Sequence record: MW679410.1
Strand: one strand, 5' to 3'
Source of the DNA: Escherichia phage C6
Length of the DNA: 64,000 nucleotides
Position 1 is the first letter of the stretch; each line of letters opens with the position of its first letter. The notes under the pieces were generated by a model. That model was not told where the DNA came from, searched no databases, and worked only from the letters and a program-made list of their open reading frames with translations. This document shows positions 8,221-18,072 of this stretch, piece after piece. Made by a program: the position numbers and the translations under genes.

Positions 8221-8250
8221 ATAGTACCATCACTAGAGCCCGTTGTAAAC
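8221..8250 (-). promoter_or_regulatory. early-type promoter GTTTAC -N18- TACTAT
   Basis: Motif on minus strand upstream of 7999..8184 operon. Confidence 0.45.
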
Positions 8251-8252
8251 AA

Positions 8253-8525
8253 TTATTTTAAATAAATTGCATACTTTTTATAACCAGCCGTTTCGTGACG
8301 CAGCCCTTTTTCATTAGCAAAACGTTCAATATTGTTAATTTGATTCCGGTCAAGCTCTGAAGTATCAAAAACAAAAAAATTTCGCTTATTGCCTAAAGTT
8401 ACGTGATTAGTCAAATCAATGTTATAGAGATGATTTATATCATCAATCATAGTCTTAACAGATTTGTTAATTTTTACTTCCTCATTAAGAATAGATTCAG
8501 AGATAAATTCTTGATAAGTTTTCAT
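8253..8525 (-). CDS. capsid internal protein (IPI-like) with capsid targeting sequence MKTYQEFISE
   Basis: N-terminal targeting-sequence match; located immediately before 57B as IPI is in T4 (recalled). Confidence 0.65.
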   Translation of the reverse strand: MKTYQEFISESILNEEVKINKSVKTMIDDINHLYNIDLTNHVTLGNKRNFFVFDTSELDRNQINNIERFANEKGLRHETAGYKKYAIYLK

Positions 8526-8526
8526 T

Positions 8527-8752
8527 TTATTCTACGCCAGCGGCTTTCAAAAGTTTTTTAAGATTGGCCGTGCCTTGAGCAGAAAATGTGACCTTGCCGT
8601 CTTTTTCGCCGATACTCCCGGTCAATTTAGCAAGTTTATCACTAGGGATTTTTTTAAAATCAGCCAATGTACCGTCAAAGGTTTTTGTAACAACTGGCAG
8701 TTGGTCTTCGTGTTTTTTTAGCTTCGGTAATAAATTCTTGATAAGTTTTCAT
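8527..8752 (-). pseudogene. internal-protein-like gene (CTS MKTYQEFITE) interrupted by frameshift at A7 homopolymer
   Basis: ATG at 8752 gives MKTYQEFITEAKK then premature stop; frame shifted by one nt is open to TAA at 8527. Removing one A from the 7-A run (plus-strand T7 at 8713-8719) restores a 74-aa ORF. Confidence 0.5.
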
Positions 8753-8789
8753 TTTGATTTCCGTTTGGTTAGTTTGTTTTGATAGGTCT

Positions 8790-8818
8790 ATAGTATCATG
8801 CCTATAGACCTTGTAAAC
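8790..8818 (-). promoter_or_regulatory. early-type promoter GTTTAC -N17- TACTAT
   Basis: Motif on minus strand upstream of internal-protein genes. Confidence 0.45.
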
Positions 8819-8825
8819 AACTTTT

Positions 8826-9503
<678 letters not shown>

Positions 9504-9511
<8 letters not shown>

Positions 9512-10265
9512 TTTTATTTCCTAATAATTTATCAATAGTAGTGTATAGTTCAGAAAGAGTGCCGTTATTTTCAACAACAACGTCACCAGGTAAAATTGGT
9601 AGACCCGCTTCAGTGATGTGCGAGTCTTGTACTTGACCGGTTTCAGAGCGAACCACATGAATAATCGTAGCACCCATCGCTCTGAGCGAATCAATTTCGT
9701 GTGTTTGACGAACATCAGGTACGACATAGTATTTCGCATCAGAGTATATTTTATCAAAATAGTCTAAAGCGAACAACTTAACCCAATACATCTTATCAAA
9801 TTGGTTAACAATAATATCAGTCCCAAGGGTCTGCATGAGACGACGTACTGACCAATTGTTATTTTTATTTATTACTTCAAACAGTTGGTCTTTTGTTTCT
9901 TCAGACAGATACTGGACTGGGGTAAGACCATAATGATATGCGGTACGAACATCCATTCCTGGAATAGGAAGGATATTATTCAGTTTGACAATAGCATTTT
10001 CAAAGATATCAATCACATCATATGGTTTTAAAGGAAGGATTTCTTCACGGTCGTAACCTATACCTTCAAAACAGTTAAAATCGAGTTTAGGCATATAACT
10101 ACGGTCGAATACAGGGTCATCAGAGATGTATTCATAAGCTTCAGCCAGATACTTTTTAATAGGACCTGCGAGCTGAAATTTTACCGAATCCATATTTTCG
10201 ATTACATAGTTAGCAACGGTATCCTTACCGCTACGTTTGATTCCTACAATTGATATTAGTTTCAT
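9504..10265 (-). CDS. 1: gp1 deoxynucleoside monophosphate kinase
   Basis: P-loop GIKRSGKDT near N-terminus; size and synteny. Confidence 0.9.
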
Positions 10266-10855
10266 TATTTTCTCATAGATGGATGCATAGACATACGAGC
10301 CACTCGTTGTTCGGCATACGAATCAATTTGTGGACGACCTGTAACTATTGTACCATCTATTTCTACAGCAAACGATTTGAAGTTGAATGTTGCTGTGGCA
10401 ATTATCGCTGGGTCAGAATCCTCTTTATAAGAGTACTGGATTTCCGAGAGGTCGGATGGCCAACCACCGTAGTAATGAATGCTCATTACTATTTTCTGTT
10501 TGTTGTTATCAAGGATGTGGAGGGTGATAGCTTCTGGTTGACCTTTAGGATGCCAGGCTTCTGAATCATGGGTTACGTAGTTGTTTAATGACAACATCCA
10601 CTTATAAACGTCAAGCCATGATTTCAATTCACGGTCTACAAGAAAGTTCACAATCAATGGGTCGAATTCTACAGTAGAACCTGGAAGCTTAGCACGATGT
10701 ATACCCTGGGTCGATCCTGGGACGTCTGAGATCGGAATATGGATACCAGGTAGTGTTACATCTTGCACGTTCAATTTGAATGCCTGCGTCATTCCTGCAT
10801 CACTAACCTCTAAGATAAAGTTGGTGGTGTTAGTTTGGTTAAATAAACCGTTCAT
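10265..10855 (-). CDS. 3: gp3 tail completion / tail tube terminator protein
   Basis: Synteny between gene 1 and gene 2; size. Confidence 0.7.
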   Translation of the reverse strand: MNGLFNQTNTTNFILEVSDAGMTQAFKLNVQDVTLPGIHIPISDVPGSTQGIHRAKLPGSTVEFDPLIVNFLVDRELKSWLDVYKWMLSLNNYVTHDSEAWHPKGQPEAITLHILDNNKQKIVMSIHYYGGWPSDLSEIQYSYKEDSDPAIIATATFNFKSFAVEIDGTIVTGRPQIDSYAEQRVARMSMHPSMRK

Positions 10856-10868
10856 AGGATTCCTATAT

Positions 10869-10894
10869 TGCTTAAGTCCCAGACAGTGTATAAT
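10869..10894 (+). promoter_or_regulatory. middle-promoter-like element: MotA box TGCTTAA, 13 nt, extended -10 TGTATAAT
   Basis: Read on plus strand between gp3 start and HNH gene end; points antisense into HNH gene. Confidence 0.35.
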
Positions 10895-10937
10895 GGTCCT
10901 AGGTCTGTTCCATTCAATAACTGGCTGGGATAATAGA

Positions 10938-11588
10938 TTATTTTATAAATTCACGTAGTCTTACTGGTGTCATAAAAGGCCATTTGGCTATAGTTGGTTT
11001 TATCCAGTATCTTTCGTGACATGTAGCTTTAAATGCCCGAACCATATCTTTGGCCTCTTCTATAGTATCCACACCAAATTGTTCACAAGTTTCCTTTCTG
11101 GCTTTATCCCATCTCCTTTTAGAAAGCTCTGATTGGAGTTCTTTATTGGCAAAATGGCCATTATTCCTATTATGAGTGGTTCCTTTTGTAGGACTCCATC
11201 CTCGTCCCTTTACAAATCCTTCAGGAATCGGTTCACCCGGAAACAGCTTAATACACTTCTTGCCATTATTATAATAAACCTTTCCTGTTTGGGTTGCCGT
11301 GATATTCTCAGAGTGCTTACGTTTAAGCCAGCCGTAAAGCTTATTATAACGACGAGGGCCTTGAGTCATTGTCATAGCTGCAAAAGTTAGACCAGGATGT
11401 CCTGGATGCATTTTAACTAATAGTTGATGTGCTAAATAATGTTCTTCAGGAGTTAAATCAACTAAGTTTGTAGATTCATCACCTCCACCCATACATCTAG
11501 GTAAAATATGATGAGATTCGGTATAACAGGATAGTGCTCGTCCTTGAGCACGTGTAATTAATGAAGAATATATTTTCTGGTAATTCAT
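10938..11588 (-). CDS. HNH-family homing endonuclease (free-standing, inserted between genes 3 and 2)
   Basis: Motif SHHILPRCMGGGDESTNLVDLTPEEHYLAH (H-H...N...H); not part of T4 3-2 junction as recalled; start moved to ATG 11588 overlapping gp2 stop. Confidence 0.75.
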   Translation of the reverse strand: MNYQKIYSSLITRAQGRALSCYTESHHILPRCMGGGDESTNLVDLTPEEHYLAHQLLVKMHPGHPGLTFAAMTMTQGPRRYNKLYGWLKRKHSENITATQTGKVYYNNGKKCIKLFPGEPIPEGFVKGRGWSPTKGTTHNRNNGHFANKELQSELSKRRWDKARKETCEQFGVDTIEEAKDMVRAFKATCHERYWIKPTIAKWPFMTPVRLREFIK

Positions 11589-12424
11589 TATGCATTCTTC
11601 CAAACTTTCTGAGCTGAGTAACGCTTGCCTTTCGATACAAATTGCTGAAGTGGTAATCCTATTACATTAGCCCAATCAGCAGGTTTTATCTCTACTAAAG
11701 GTCCTTTAATATTTCCAGGGATATAAGCCTTAATCATCACGTCGGCTCCAGCGAATCCTTTTACCTTACTCCAATCGATTTTTAATTTAGTCGAGTTCGT
11801 AATGGTAGGCGTACTCGCGTATTGCTTCAGCAATTCTTCCAGAAATTGTTGGCGTGCTTTAGGCGGGATATAGTGTAAGTTCAGCCCGTACATTAAATTA
11901 TGCTTACCTAACCCAAGATAAATGATTAAAGGATATTTGTCCCAGTATGGTAGGGTATCCTTATGTTTGGCATCATAGATATAAGCATAAAGCTTACCGG
12001 GAGATGGTTTAGATACCTGGTGTCCACGAATTCCTTTCTTTAATGTTTCTGTAAACCATTTAGCTGATTTATTGTTTACAGCGGCGCCTTCGTTAGCAAT
12101 CTTATCACGAATACTCTTTCTAAAACTATTCACCAAAATTAATTGGCGTTCGGCTTTGGTTAATTTATTGCCAGGTTTATTCTGAAGTTTTTCAACCTGT
12201 ACAGCAGTTTTAATTCGACTCGAATATCGAGACATCGCAGATGTAAAGCTAGAATATTTAATGCCTTTATCTTCAGCGAATTTCTTAGCCGAGACACCTT
12301 TAGCCTTAGCTTTAGCGTATTCAACACCTAAAGCTATCCATTGTTGTTCTGAACGGGTAGGCTTGGAACCCTTTGTGGTTTCAGTAGCCTCATTGATGTA
12401 GGAAAATATACTCATCCTTTCCAT
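11588..12424 (-). CDS. 2: gp2 DNA end protector protein
   Basis: Size and synteny. Confidence 0.85.
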   Translation of the reverse strand: MERMSIFSYINEATETTKGSKPTRSEQQWIALGVEYAKAKAKGVSAKKFAEDKGIKYSSFTSAMSRYSSRIKTAVQVEKLQNKPGNKLTKAERQLILVNSFRKSIRDKIANEGAAVNNKSAKWFTETLKKGIRGHQVSKPSPGKLYAYIYDAKHKDTLPYWDKYPLIIYLGLGKHNLMYGLNLHYIPPKARQQFLEELLKQYASTPTITNSTKLKIDWSKVKGFAGADVMIKAYIPGNIKGPLVEIKPADWANVIGLPLQQFVSKGKRYSAQKVWKNA

Positions 12425-12861
12425 CCTAATTTTTTCAGTGAATGTTCGGTAATCAATCTAAAGGTGATACCCATTTTATCTGCTGTAGCTTTAGCTGCTT
12501 TCCACTTATCAGTATTAACAGACCAAGTATAATGTTCGTTGATATATCTCTTTTTAGCAGCTGTAGTCATTTTAACAGGCACCGCAGGAGCATGGGTTTC
12601 TTTAAAAGGTTTGACTTCAAAAAAGAATTGTTGGCCTGTATCAAATTTAACCCAGAAGTCCATAAAATATCGTCTTTTCTTTCCTTCGGCATTGCAAAAG
12701 TATGGGATAACCACCTCTTCTGAATTCCACTGGACTACATTAGGATGGTTGTCAAGCCAACGCATAAACCATGCTTCCCAAGAGGAACGATATTGGATTT
12801 TCTTCCAATCACCTTTATATTTTTGTAAGTTTGTAGGTTTAAATTTCCCTGAGTAAGCCAT
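12412..12861 (-). CDS. 4: gp4 head completion protein
   Basis: Size and synteny; divergent from gene 53. Confidence 0.85.
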   Translation of the reverse strand: MAYSGKFKPTNLQKYKGDWKKIQYRSSWEAWFMRWLDNHPNVVQWNSEEVVIPYFCNAEGKKRRYFMDFWVKFDTGQQFFFEVKPFKETHAPAVPVKMTTAAKKRYINEHYTWSVNTDKWKAAKATADKMGITFRLITEHSLKKLGWKG

Positions 12862-12872
12862 AGTTGCCTCCT

Positions 12873-12895
12873 TATAAATATTAATATTATTTATA
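12873..12895. promoter_or_regulatory. divergent late promoters: TATAAATA plus strand 12873-12880 (gene 53), TATAAATA minus strand 12888-12895 (gene 4)
   Basis: Two exact TATAAATA boxes back to back, each about 27 nt from its ATG. Confidence 0.65.
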
Positions 12896-12907
12896 CTCGG
12901 AGGCCCT

Positions 12908-13510
12908 ATGCTCTTCTCATTTTTCGATCCTATCGATTACGAATCAAAAACAGTCAAGCCGGATTCGGGCTCATTAACAAATGCCGATGTACTGAGCGTG
13001 CCGATGACTGATATATTTAGAAATTATAAAGAATATTTTGATAAAGTGGCTAAAAATTATACACTAAAGACTTATTATATCAACGGGGCTCCTCGTCCAG
13101 AAGAATTGGCCAATCAACTTTATGGCAACGTCCAATTATATTGGGTTTTATTGATGTGCAATAATATATATGACCCCTATTACGGCTGGATTACAGGTCA
13201 AGAAGTTGCATATCAAGCGGCAATCCAAAGATATTCTACTGCAGGTGGTAATCAAGTTCTTTATCACGTTAATGAAAAGGGTGAGAAATTCTGGAATCTT
13301 GTTAATACTCCAGAAAACCCGTATACTTGGTATGATAAAGGCGATACAGAAAAACGTTATCCTCAATATGAGGGCCCTTTGGCCGCAGTAGATATTTACG
13401 AGGATGCTATTCGTAAAAATGAATATAAGCGCGAAATAAAGATTGTAGACCCTAATGATATTGAGTCCTTTATTTCTGCCCTTATTCGCGAAATGGAGAA
13501 AGCCCTCTAA
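12908..13510 (+). CDS. 53: gp53 baseplate wedge protein
   Basis: Size and synteny before gene 5. Confidence 0.9.
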   Translation: MLFSFFDPIDYESKTVKPDSGSLTNADVLSVPMTDIFRNYKEYFDKVAKNYTLKTYYINGAPRPEELANQLYGNVQLYWVLLMCNNIYDPYYGWITGQEVAYQAAIQRYSTAGGNQVLYHVNEKGEKFWNLVNTPENPYTWYDKGDTEKRYPQYEGPLAAVDIYEDAIRKNEYKREIKIVDPNDIESFISALIREMEKAL

Positions 13511-15252
13511 TGATTAACATGTCTGATAATGTAAGTTGGTTCGTCGGTGTAGTTGAAGACCGAATGGACCCACTCAAACAGGGCCGCGTGCGTGTACGCG
13601 TATGGGGTATGCATCCCTATGAAAAAGTACAGGGCCCTGTAAAAGGCCTTCGTACAGAAGATTTACCATGGATGTCGGTATTAATGCCTACATCTTCTGC
13701 CTCTGTTTCTGGTATACAAACCGCTATGACTGGTATGGTCCCTGGTACACAAGTTTATGGCCACTTTCTTGATAAATGGAAATTAAACGGGCTTGTCCTT
13801 GGTACATACGGTTCCGCTTCAAAACAAAAAGCAAACCCTAATGAAGGCTTTAGTGACCCAACAGGCCAATATCCGCTTTATTTAGGTAACGATGCCGCTG
13901 CACTAAACCGAGGTGGTGAAGTTGGATATGATGCAACTTCTAACGTAATACAAGATGCAAACACTGATGTAGGTATTAATCCTGATGGTTTAGATTTAAG
14001 TCAAGTCAAGCCTGACGATAATCCTAATTTCACAATAGAAAACATGCTTCATCGTGATGAAGGGCTTAGACTGAAGGTATATTGGGACACTGAAGGATAT
14101 CCTACTATAGGTATAGGTCACCTTATTACGCCACAACCTATTAGAGATATGAACCAGATAAACAAAATATTATCTAATCAGGTAGGTCGAGAAGTTAAAG
14201 GTAACCCTGGTGCAATATCAATGGACGAGGCTTCTAAATTATTCCAAGAAGACCTTAAAAAAGTCCAAAACGATATAGGCAGGCATAGTGTTGTAGGTCC
14301 TGTTTACAATAAAGAAAACCGTTCAAGGCAAATGGCTCTTGAAAACATGGCTTTCCAAATGGGATTAGGTGGATTGGCTAAATTCCGTGGTATGCTCAGT
14401 GCTATGTTAATAGGTGATTATAAAAAGGCATTTGAGGAAGCTCGTAATTCAGTGTGGTTTAACCAAACTAAAGGACGTGCATCAAGGGTGTCAATGATTA
14501 TCCTCACAGGTAACATGGAATCATATGGTATTATGGCCCCTAAAGAAAGGTCATTTAAAGGGCGTTCGTATAGAATGATTCAAACCTTTGCAGCCCCTAC
14601 AAATTCAGACCCTGCCGACCCATGGACTCCAGAAGATACAAGGATTCTTTTTAAAGAACCCGATTCTAGTTATAAAGGCGAATATCCATATGTCCAAACC
14701 ATGCAAACTGAAGGTGGACATGTCCAAGAATTTGATAACACCCCAGGTCAAGAACGTTATCGTTTAATCCATCCAACCGGTAGTTATGAAGAAGTTGCTC
14801 CTGATGGTCGCAAAACTTCTAAGACGGTAGCCGATGGGTATTATATGACCCAAGGCGATTCTAATACTTATGTTGGTGGTAATAATAAAGTCAACATAGG
14901 TGGTGATGAAACCTATTATAATATGGCAAACGTGCGCCGTCAAACTGACGGGTCCGAAAGCATCCATATTCGTGGTAATGAAACCAAAACAGTAGAAGGT
15001 GATGGAACCCTTATTGTTAAAGGAAACGTTACGGTTATTGTCGAGGGTAATGCAGATATAACTGTTAAGGGTGATGCAAAAACACTAGTTGAAGGCAACC
15101 ATGATTATACAGTAAATGGAAACGTTAAATGGTCGGTAAATGGAAACGTTGATATGACTGTTGCAGGCAATTGGTCTGAAACTATGTCAACCATGAGTTC
15201 TATCGCATCAGGTCAATATACTATTGATGGTTCGAGGATTGACATTGGCTAA
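13510..15252 (+). CDS. 5: gp5 baseplate hub / tail-associated lysozyme
   Basis: T4-lysozyme-like motif DTEGYPTIGIGHL in middle; C-terminal VxGxxxxx beta-helix repeats. Confidence 0.95.
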   Translation: MINMSDNVSWFVGVVEDRMDPLKQGRVRVRVWGMHPYEKVQGPVKGLRTEDLPWMSVLMPTSSASVSGIQTAMTGMVPGTQVYGHFLDKWKLNGLVLGTYGSASKQKANPNEGFSDPTGQYPLYLGNDAAALNRGGEVGYDATSNVIQDANTDVGINPDGLDLSQVKPDDNPNFTIENMLHRDEGLRLKVYWDTEGYPTIGIGHLITPQPIRDMNQINKILSNQVGREVKGNPGAISMDEASKLFQEDLKKVQNDIGRHSVVGPVYNKENRSRQMALENMAFQMGLGGLAKFRGMLSAMLIGDYKKAFEEARNSVWFNQTKGRASRVSMIILTGNMESYGIMAPKERSFKGRSYRMIQTFAAPTNSDPADPWTPEDTRILFKEPDSSYKGEYPYVQTMQTEGGHVQEFDNTPGQERYRLIHPTGSYEEVAPDGRKTSKTVADGYYMTQGDSNTYVGGNNKVNIGGDETYYNMANVRRQTDGSESIHIRGNETKTVEGDGTLIVKGNVTVIVEGNADITVKGDAKTLVEGNHDYTVNGNVKWSVNGNVDMTVAGNWSETMSTMSSIASGQYTIDGSRIDIG

Positions 15253-15286
15253 TATTTTACCTATGAGCACAGATTTAGGAGACTCC

Positions 15287-15784
15287 ATGGAAGGAAGCTC
15301 TATCGATGTTACGTTTACCGCTCAATTAGAAACAAACGAAACATTAGTTGAAATAAATATAACAGAATATGAGCCTACAGAAGGCATTATTGTCGATGGG
15401 GCCCGTTTATATGGAACCTATGAATCAGTATTTGGATTCTCTGAGGATGCATTAAAATACCGATTAAATGATGAATTTAAAACTGCAGGCTCATGGAAAG
15501 ATTTACCAGAGGACAAGAGCACTCAATTATACCTCTGGAAAGCTCCTAGTAATCTCCAGAAGACGTTTTCTTACACAGTCACATTAACCTATGACTTTCA
15601 AGAAGAGTCATCAGGAGGTGATACAGGGAGCTCAGGAGGGAGTAATTCTAGAGCCGGTAACGAAACAGACCCTCCTCCAGCACCTGTAAGAAAAACCCTT
15701 ACTAAGGTTTATACCAAGGTTATAGTGGGTAATTGGAGCAAGTGGGCTTCACAATTAAGAGAATATGTATACGCGAGGCCATAA
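15287..15784 (+). CDS. 5.1: gp5.1-like protein
   Basis: ORF between 5 and 5.4; start chosen at ATG after AGGAGA. Confidence 0.55.
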   Translation: MEGSSIDVTFTAQLETNETLVEINITEYEPTEGIIVDGARLYGTYESVFGFSEDALKYRLNDEFKTAGSWKDLPEDKSTQLYLWKAPSNLQKTFSYTVTLTYDFQEESSGGDTGSSGGSNSRAGNETDPPPAPVRKTLTKVYTKVIVGNWSKWASQLREYVYARP

Positions 15785-16077
15785 TGTCAGGCTTAAGTTA
15801 TAACCAATGTATAACAGCAGGTCATGAAGCATGGCCTCCTACAGTAATAAATGCCACCCAAGGTAAAGTATTTACAGGTGGTATTCCTGTATTAGTTGCA
15901 GGAGACCCTATTACAGAACACACAGAAATTAAAAAACCATATGAAACCCACGGTGGGGTAACCCAACCTAGAACATCTAAGGTATATGTTACAGGCAAAA
16001 AGGCTGTCCAGATGGCAGACCCTATTTCATGCGGAGATACAGTCGCACAAGCCTCATCCAAAGTATTCATAAAATAG
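15784..16077 (+). CDS. 5.4: gp5.4 PAAR-repeat baseplate spike tip protein
   Basis: 97-aa product from internal ATG overlapping 5.1 stop; synteny. Confidence 0.8.
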   Translation: MSGLSYNQCITAGHEAWPPTVINATQGKVFTGGIPVLVAGDPITEHTEIKKPYETHGGVTQPRTSKVYVTGKKAVQMADPISCGDTVAQASSKVFIK

Positions 16078-16085
16078 GAATTAAA

Positions 16086-18044
16086 ATGGCTACTCCTACG
16101 AATTACCAATTAACAAGAACCGTTAACGCTATCCCAAAAGTATTTGTGGGAGCTACGTTTGAAGAAATTAAAAAGAATATTATAGATTGGCTTTCTAGCC
16201 AGGACGAATTTAAGGATTATGATTTCGTTGGTTCTCGAATGAATATCCTTATTGATATGCTTGCTTATAATACCCTTTATATGCAACAGTTTGCTAACAC
16301 CGCGCTCTATGAATCATTTATTGGTACGGCTAACATGCGTTCTTCAGTAGTCCAGGCTGCACAAGATAATGGGTATCTTCCTAGTTCTAAATCAGCGGCA
16401 AAAACCACCGTAATGCTTACGTGTACTCAAGCCCTTAATGAAAAGAATATTCGTATTCCACGTGGTACTAAATTCCTGGCTTATGCTCGTGATACATCCG
16501 CCGATCCATATGCTTTTGTGACCACTGATAACGTTATTGCAGTTCGTGATGTTAATAACCAGTATTGGCCCATTGTTTCTCTGGCTCAAGGACGTATTAT
16601 TCGTACCGAACTTAAATATGACCCTAAAACTCCTATTCTTATTCGTGACCCGGATATTGATAGACAAGAAGTTAAACTTTATGTTGATGGTGCAGAATGG
16701 ATTAACTGGACCAATAAATCAATGGTTCATGCTGGTAGCACCTCGACAATTTACTATATGCGCGAAACCGTAGATGGTAATACTGAATTCTTCTTTGGTG
16801 AGGGTGAAGCCGAGAAATCTGTTGCAGGTGGAGTATTAGAAGCTAATTATATTGGCGGTCTAAAACCTGTTAAAGATTCTACCATTGTTATAGAATACCT
16901 TCGTACAGATGGTGAAGTTGCAAACGGTGCTGTCGACTTCAGTTATGCCGACTCCTTGGCTTATATTACTGTAGAAAAAATTACCGAAAACTATAACGAC
17001 GACCCTGATTATGTTGGCGCCGATGGTGGTGGTGACCCTGAAGATATTGAACGTATTCGCGAGTTGGCTGTAGTTAAGCGCGAAGCCCAGATGCGTGCTG
17101 TAACAGGAACCGACTACGATACATTCGTATCCGAACGTTTTGGTTCTATTGTACAAGCAGTACAAACCTTTACAGACCCAAATAAACCAGGTTATGCTTT
17201 TGTAACCATTAAACCTAAATCAGGGTTGTATTTGACCGCGGTCCAACGTGAAGATATTCAAGACTACCTAAAAGAATTTAACTTGGCCCCTATTACCGCT
17301 TCTGTTATTTCTCCCGATTATTTGTTCTTAAAGCATAAAATTAAGGTTTCGTATGCCTTGAATAAATTACAGGAATCTGAACAGTGGTTATCGGCTCAAA
17401 TTCTTTCTCAGATAGACCGTTATTATATTAACGAAGTAGAAATTTTTAACCATGGATTTGCCAAGTCAAAAATGCTGACTTATATTGATAATGCTGACCA
17501 TAGTATTTTAGGCTCCTCTGCTACCATAACAATGGTTCGTGAAGTATTGAACTTTTTCAAAACCCCTGAATCAGGTATTAAATACTATAATCAATACACT
17601 AACCGTTCTGTGGTTTCTAGTGAATTTGAGTTTGTCCCTACTATCGTTTCTGAAGACAGCCTGGCATATAATGTCAGAATTGCGGCTACAGATAAAGACG
17701 AACGTGGTGATGGTAAAATTGTTATTGGTCCTTTCCGTCCCGGAGATGTAATCGAAAACCAATATATTAAACCATATACAGGAAATGACTTTGATAAAAT
17801 GCCTGCTCCTGCAGACCAATCCGTTTATTACGTTATAGGTGAAATTGATTATTATTCAGATTTCATTTTCTGGGACATTGCGGCTATCGGTTTATCGTCC
17901 GATCGTTTTGAAGTTCAATCTATAGAACTTTATGCGGGACCTGACCAAGACAACATCTTTACCAAAGACGGTTCGTTAATCGTATTTGAAGATGACCTCC
18001 GCCCTCAATACACGACCATTGAATTAGAACCTATTACAATATAA
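16086..18044 (+). CDS. 6: gp6 baseplate wedge protein
   Basis: N-terminus MATPTNYQLTRTVNAIPKVF matches recalled T4 gp6 start; start moved to ATG with AGGAA SD. Confidence 0.95.
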   Translation: MATPTNYQLTRTVNAIPKVFVGATFEEIKKNIIDWLSSQDEFKDYDFVGSRMNILIDMLAYNTLYMQQFANTALYESFIGTANMRSSVVQAAQDNGYLPSSKSAAKTTVMLTCTQALNEKNIRIPRGTKFLAYARDTSADPYAFVTTDNVIAVRDVNNQYWPIVSLAQGRIIRTELKYDPKTPILIRDPDIDRQEVKLYVDGAEWINWTNKSMVHAGSTSTIYYMRETVDGNTEFFFGEGEAEKSVAGGVLEANYIGGLKPVKDSTIVIEYLRTDGEVANGAVDFSYADSLAYITVEKITENYNDDPDYVGADGGGDPEDIERIRELAVVKREAQMRAVTGTDYDTFVSERFGSIVQAVQTFTDPNKPGYAFVTIKPKSGLYLTAVQREDIQDYLKEFNLAPITASVISPDYLFLKHKIKVSYALNKLQESEQWLSAQILSQIDRYYINEVEIFNHGFAKSKMLTYIDNADHSILGSSATITMVREVLNFFKTPESGIKYYNQYTNRSVVSSEFEFVPTIVSEDSLAYNVRIAATDKDERGDGKIVIGPFRPGDVIENQYIKPYTGNDFDKMPAPADQSVYYVIGEIDYYSDFIFWDIAAIGLSSDRFEVQSIELYAGPDQDNIFTKDGSLIVFEDDLRPQYTTIELEPITI

Positions 18045-18072
18045 GCCTCTTAGGAGGCTTTGAGGAGATTTA

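Noticed and set aside
6456-8752. Metallo-beta-lactamase-type anti-Pycsar gene next to the Acb1-like gene
   Set aside because: Scanned neighbouring ORFs for HxHxDH; none found.
8205-8820. Repeated gataggtctatagta...gtaaaca blocks as a dispersed repeat or mobile element
   Set aside because: Better explained as the -35/-10 and leader of a family of early-type promoters on the minus strand.
13510-15252. Free-standing endolysin gene e
   Set aside because: The T4-lysozyme-like motif found is the internal domain of baseplate protein gp5; no separate e-like ORF is in this window.
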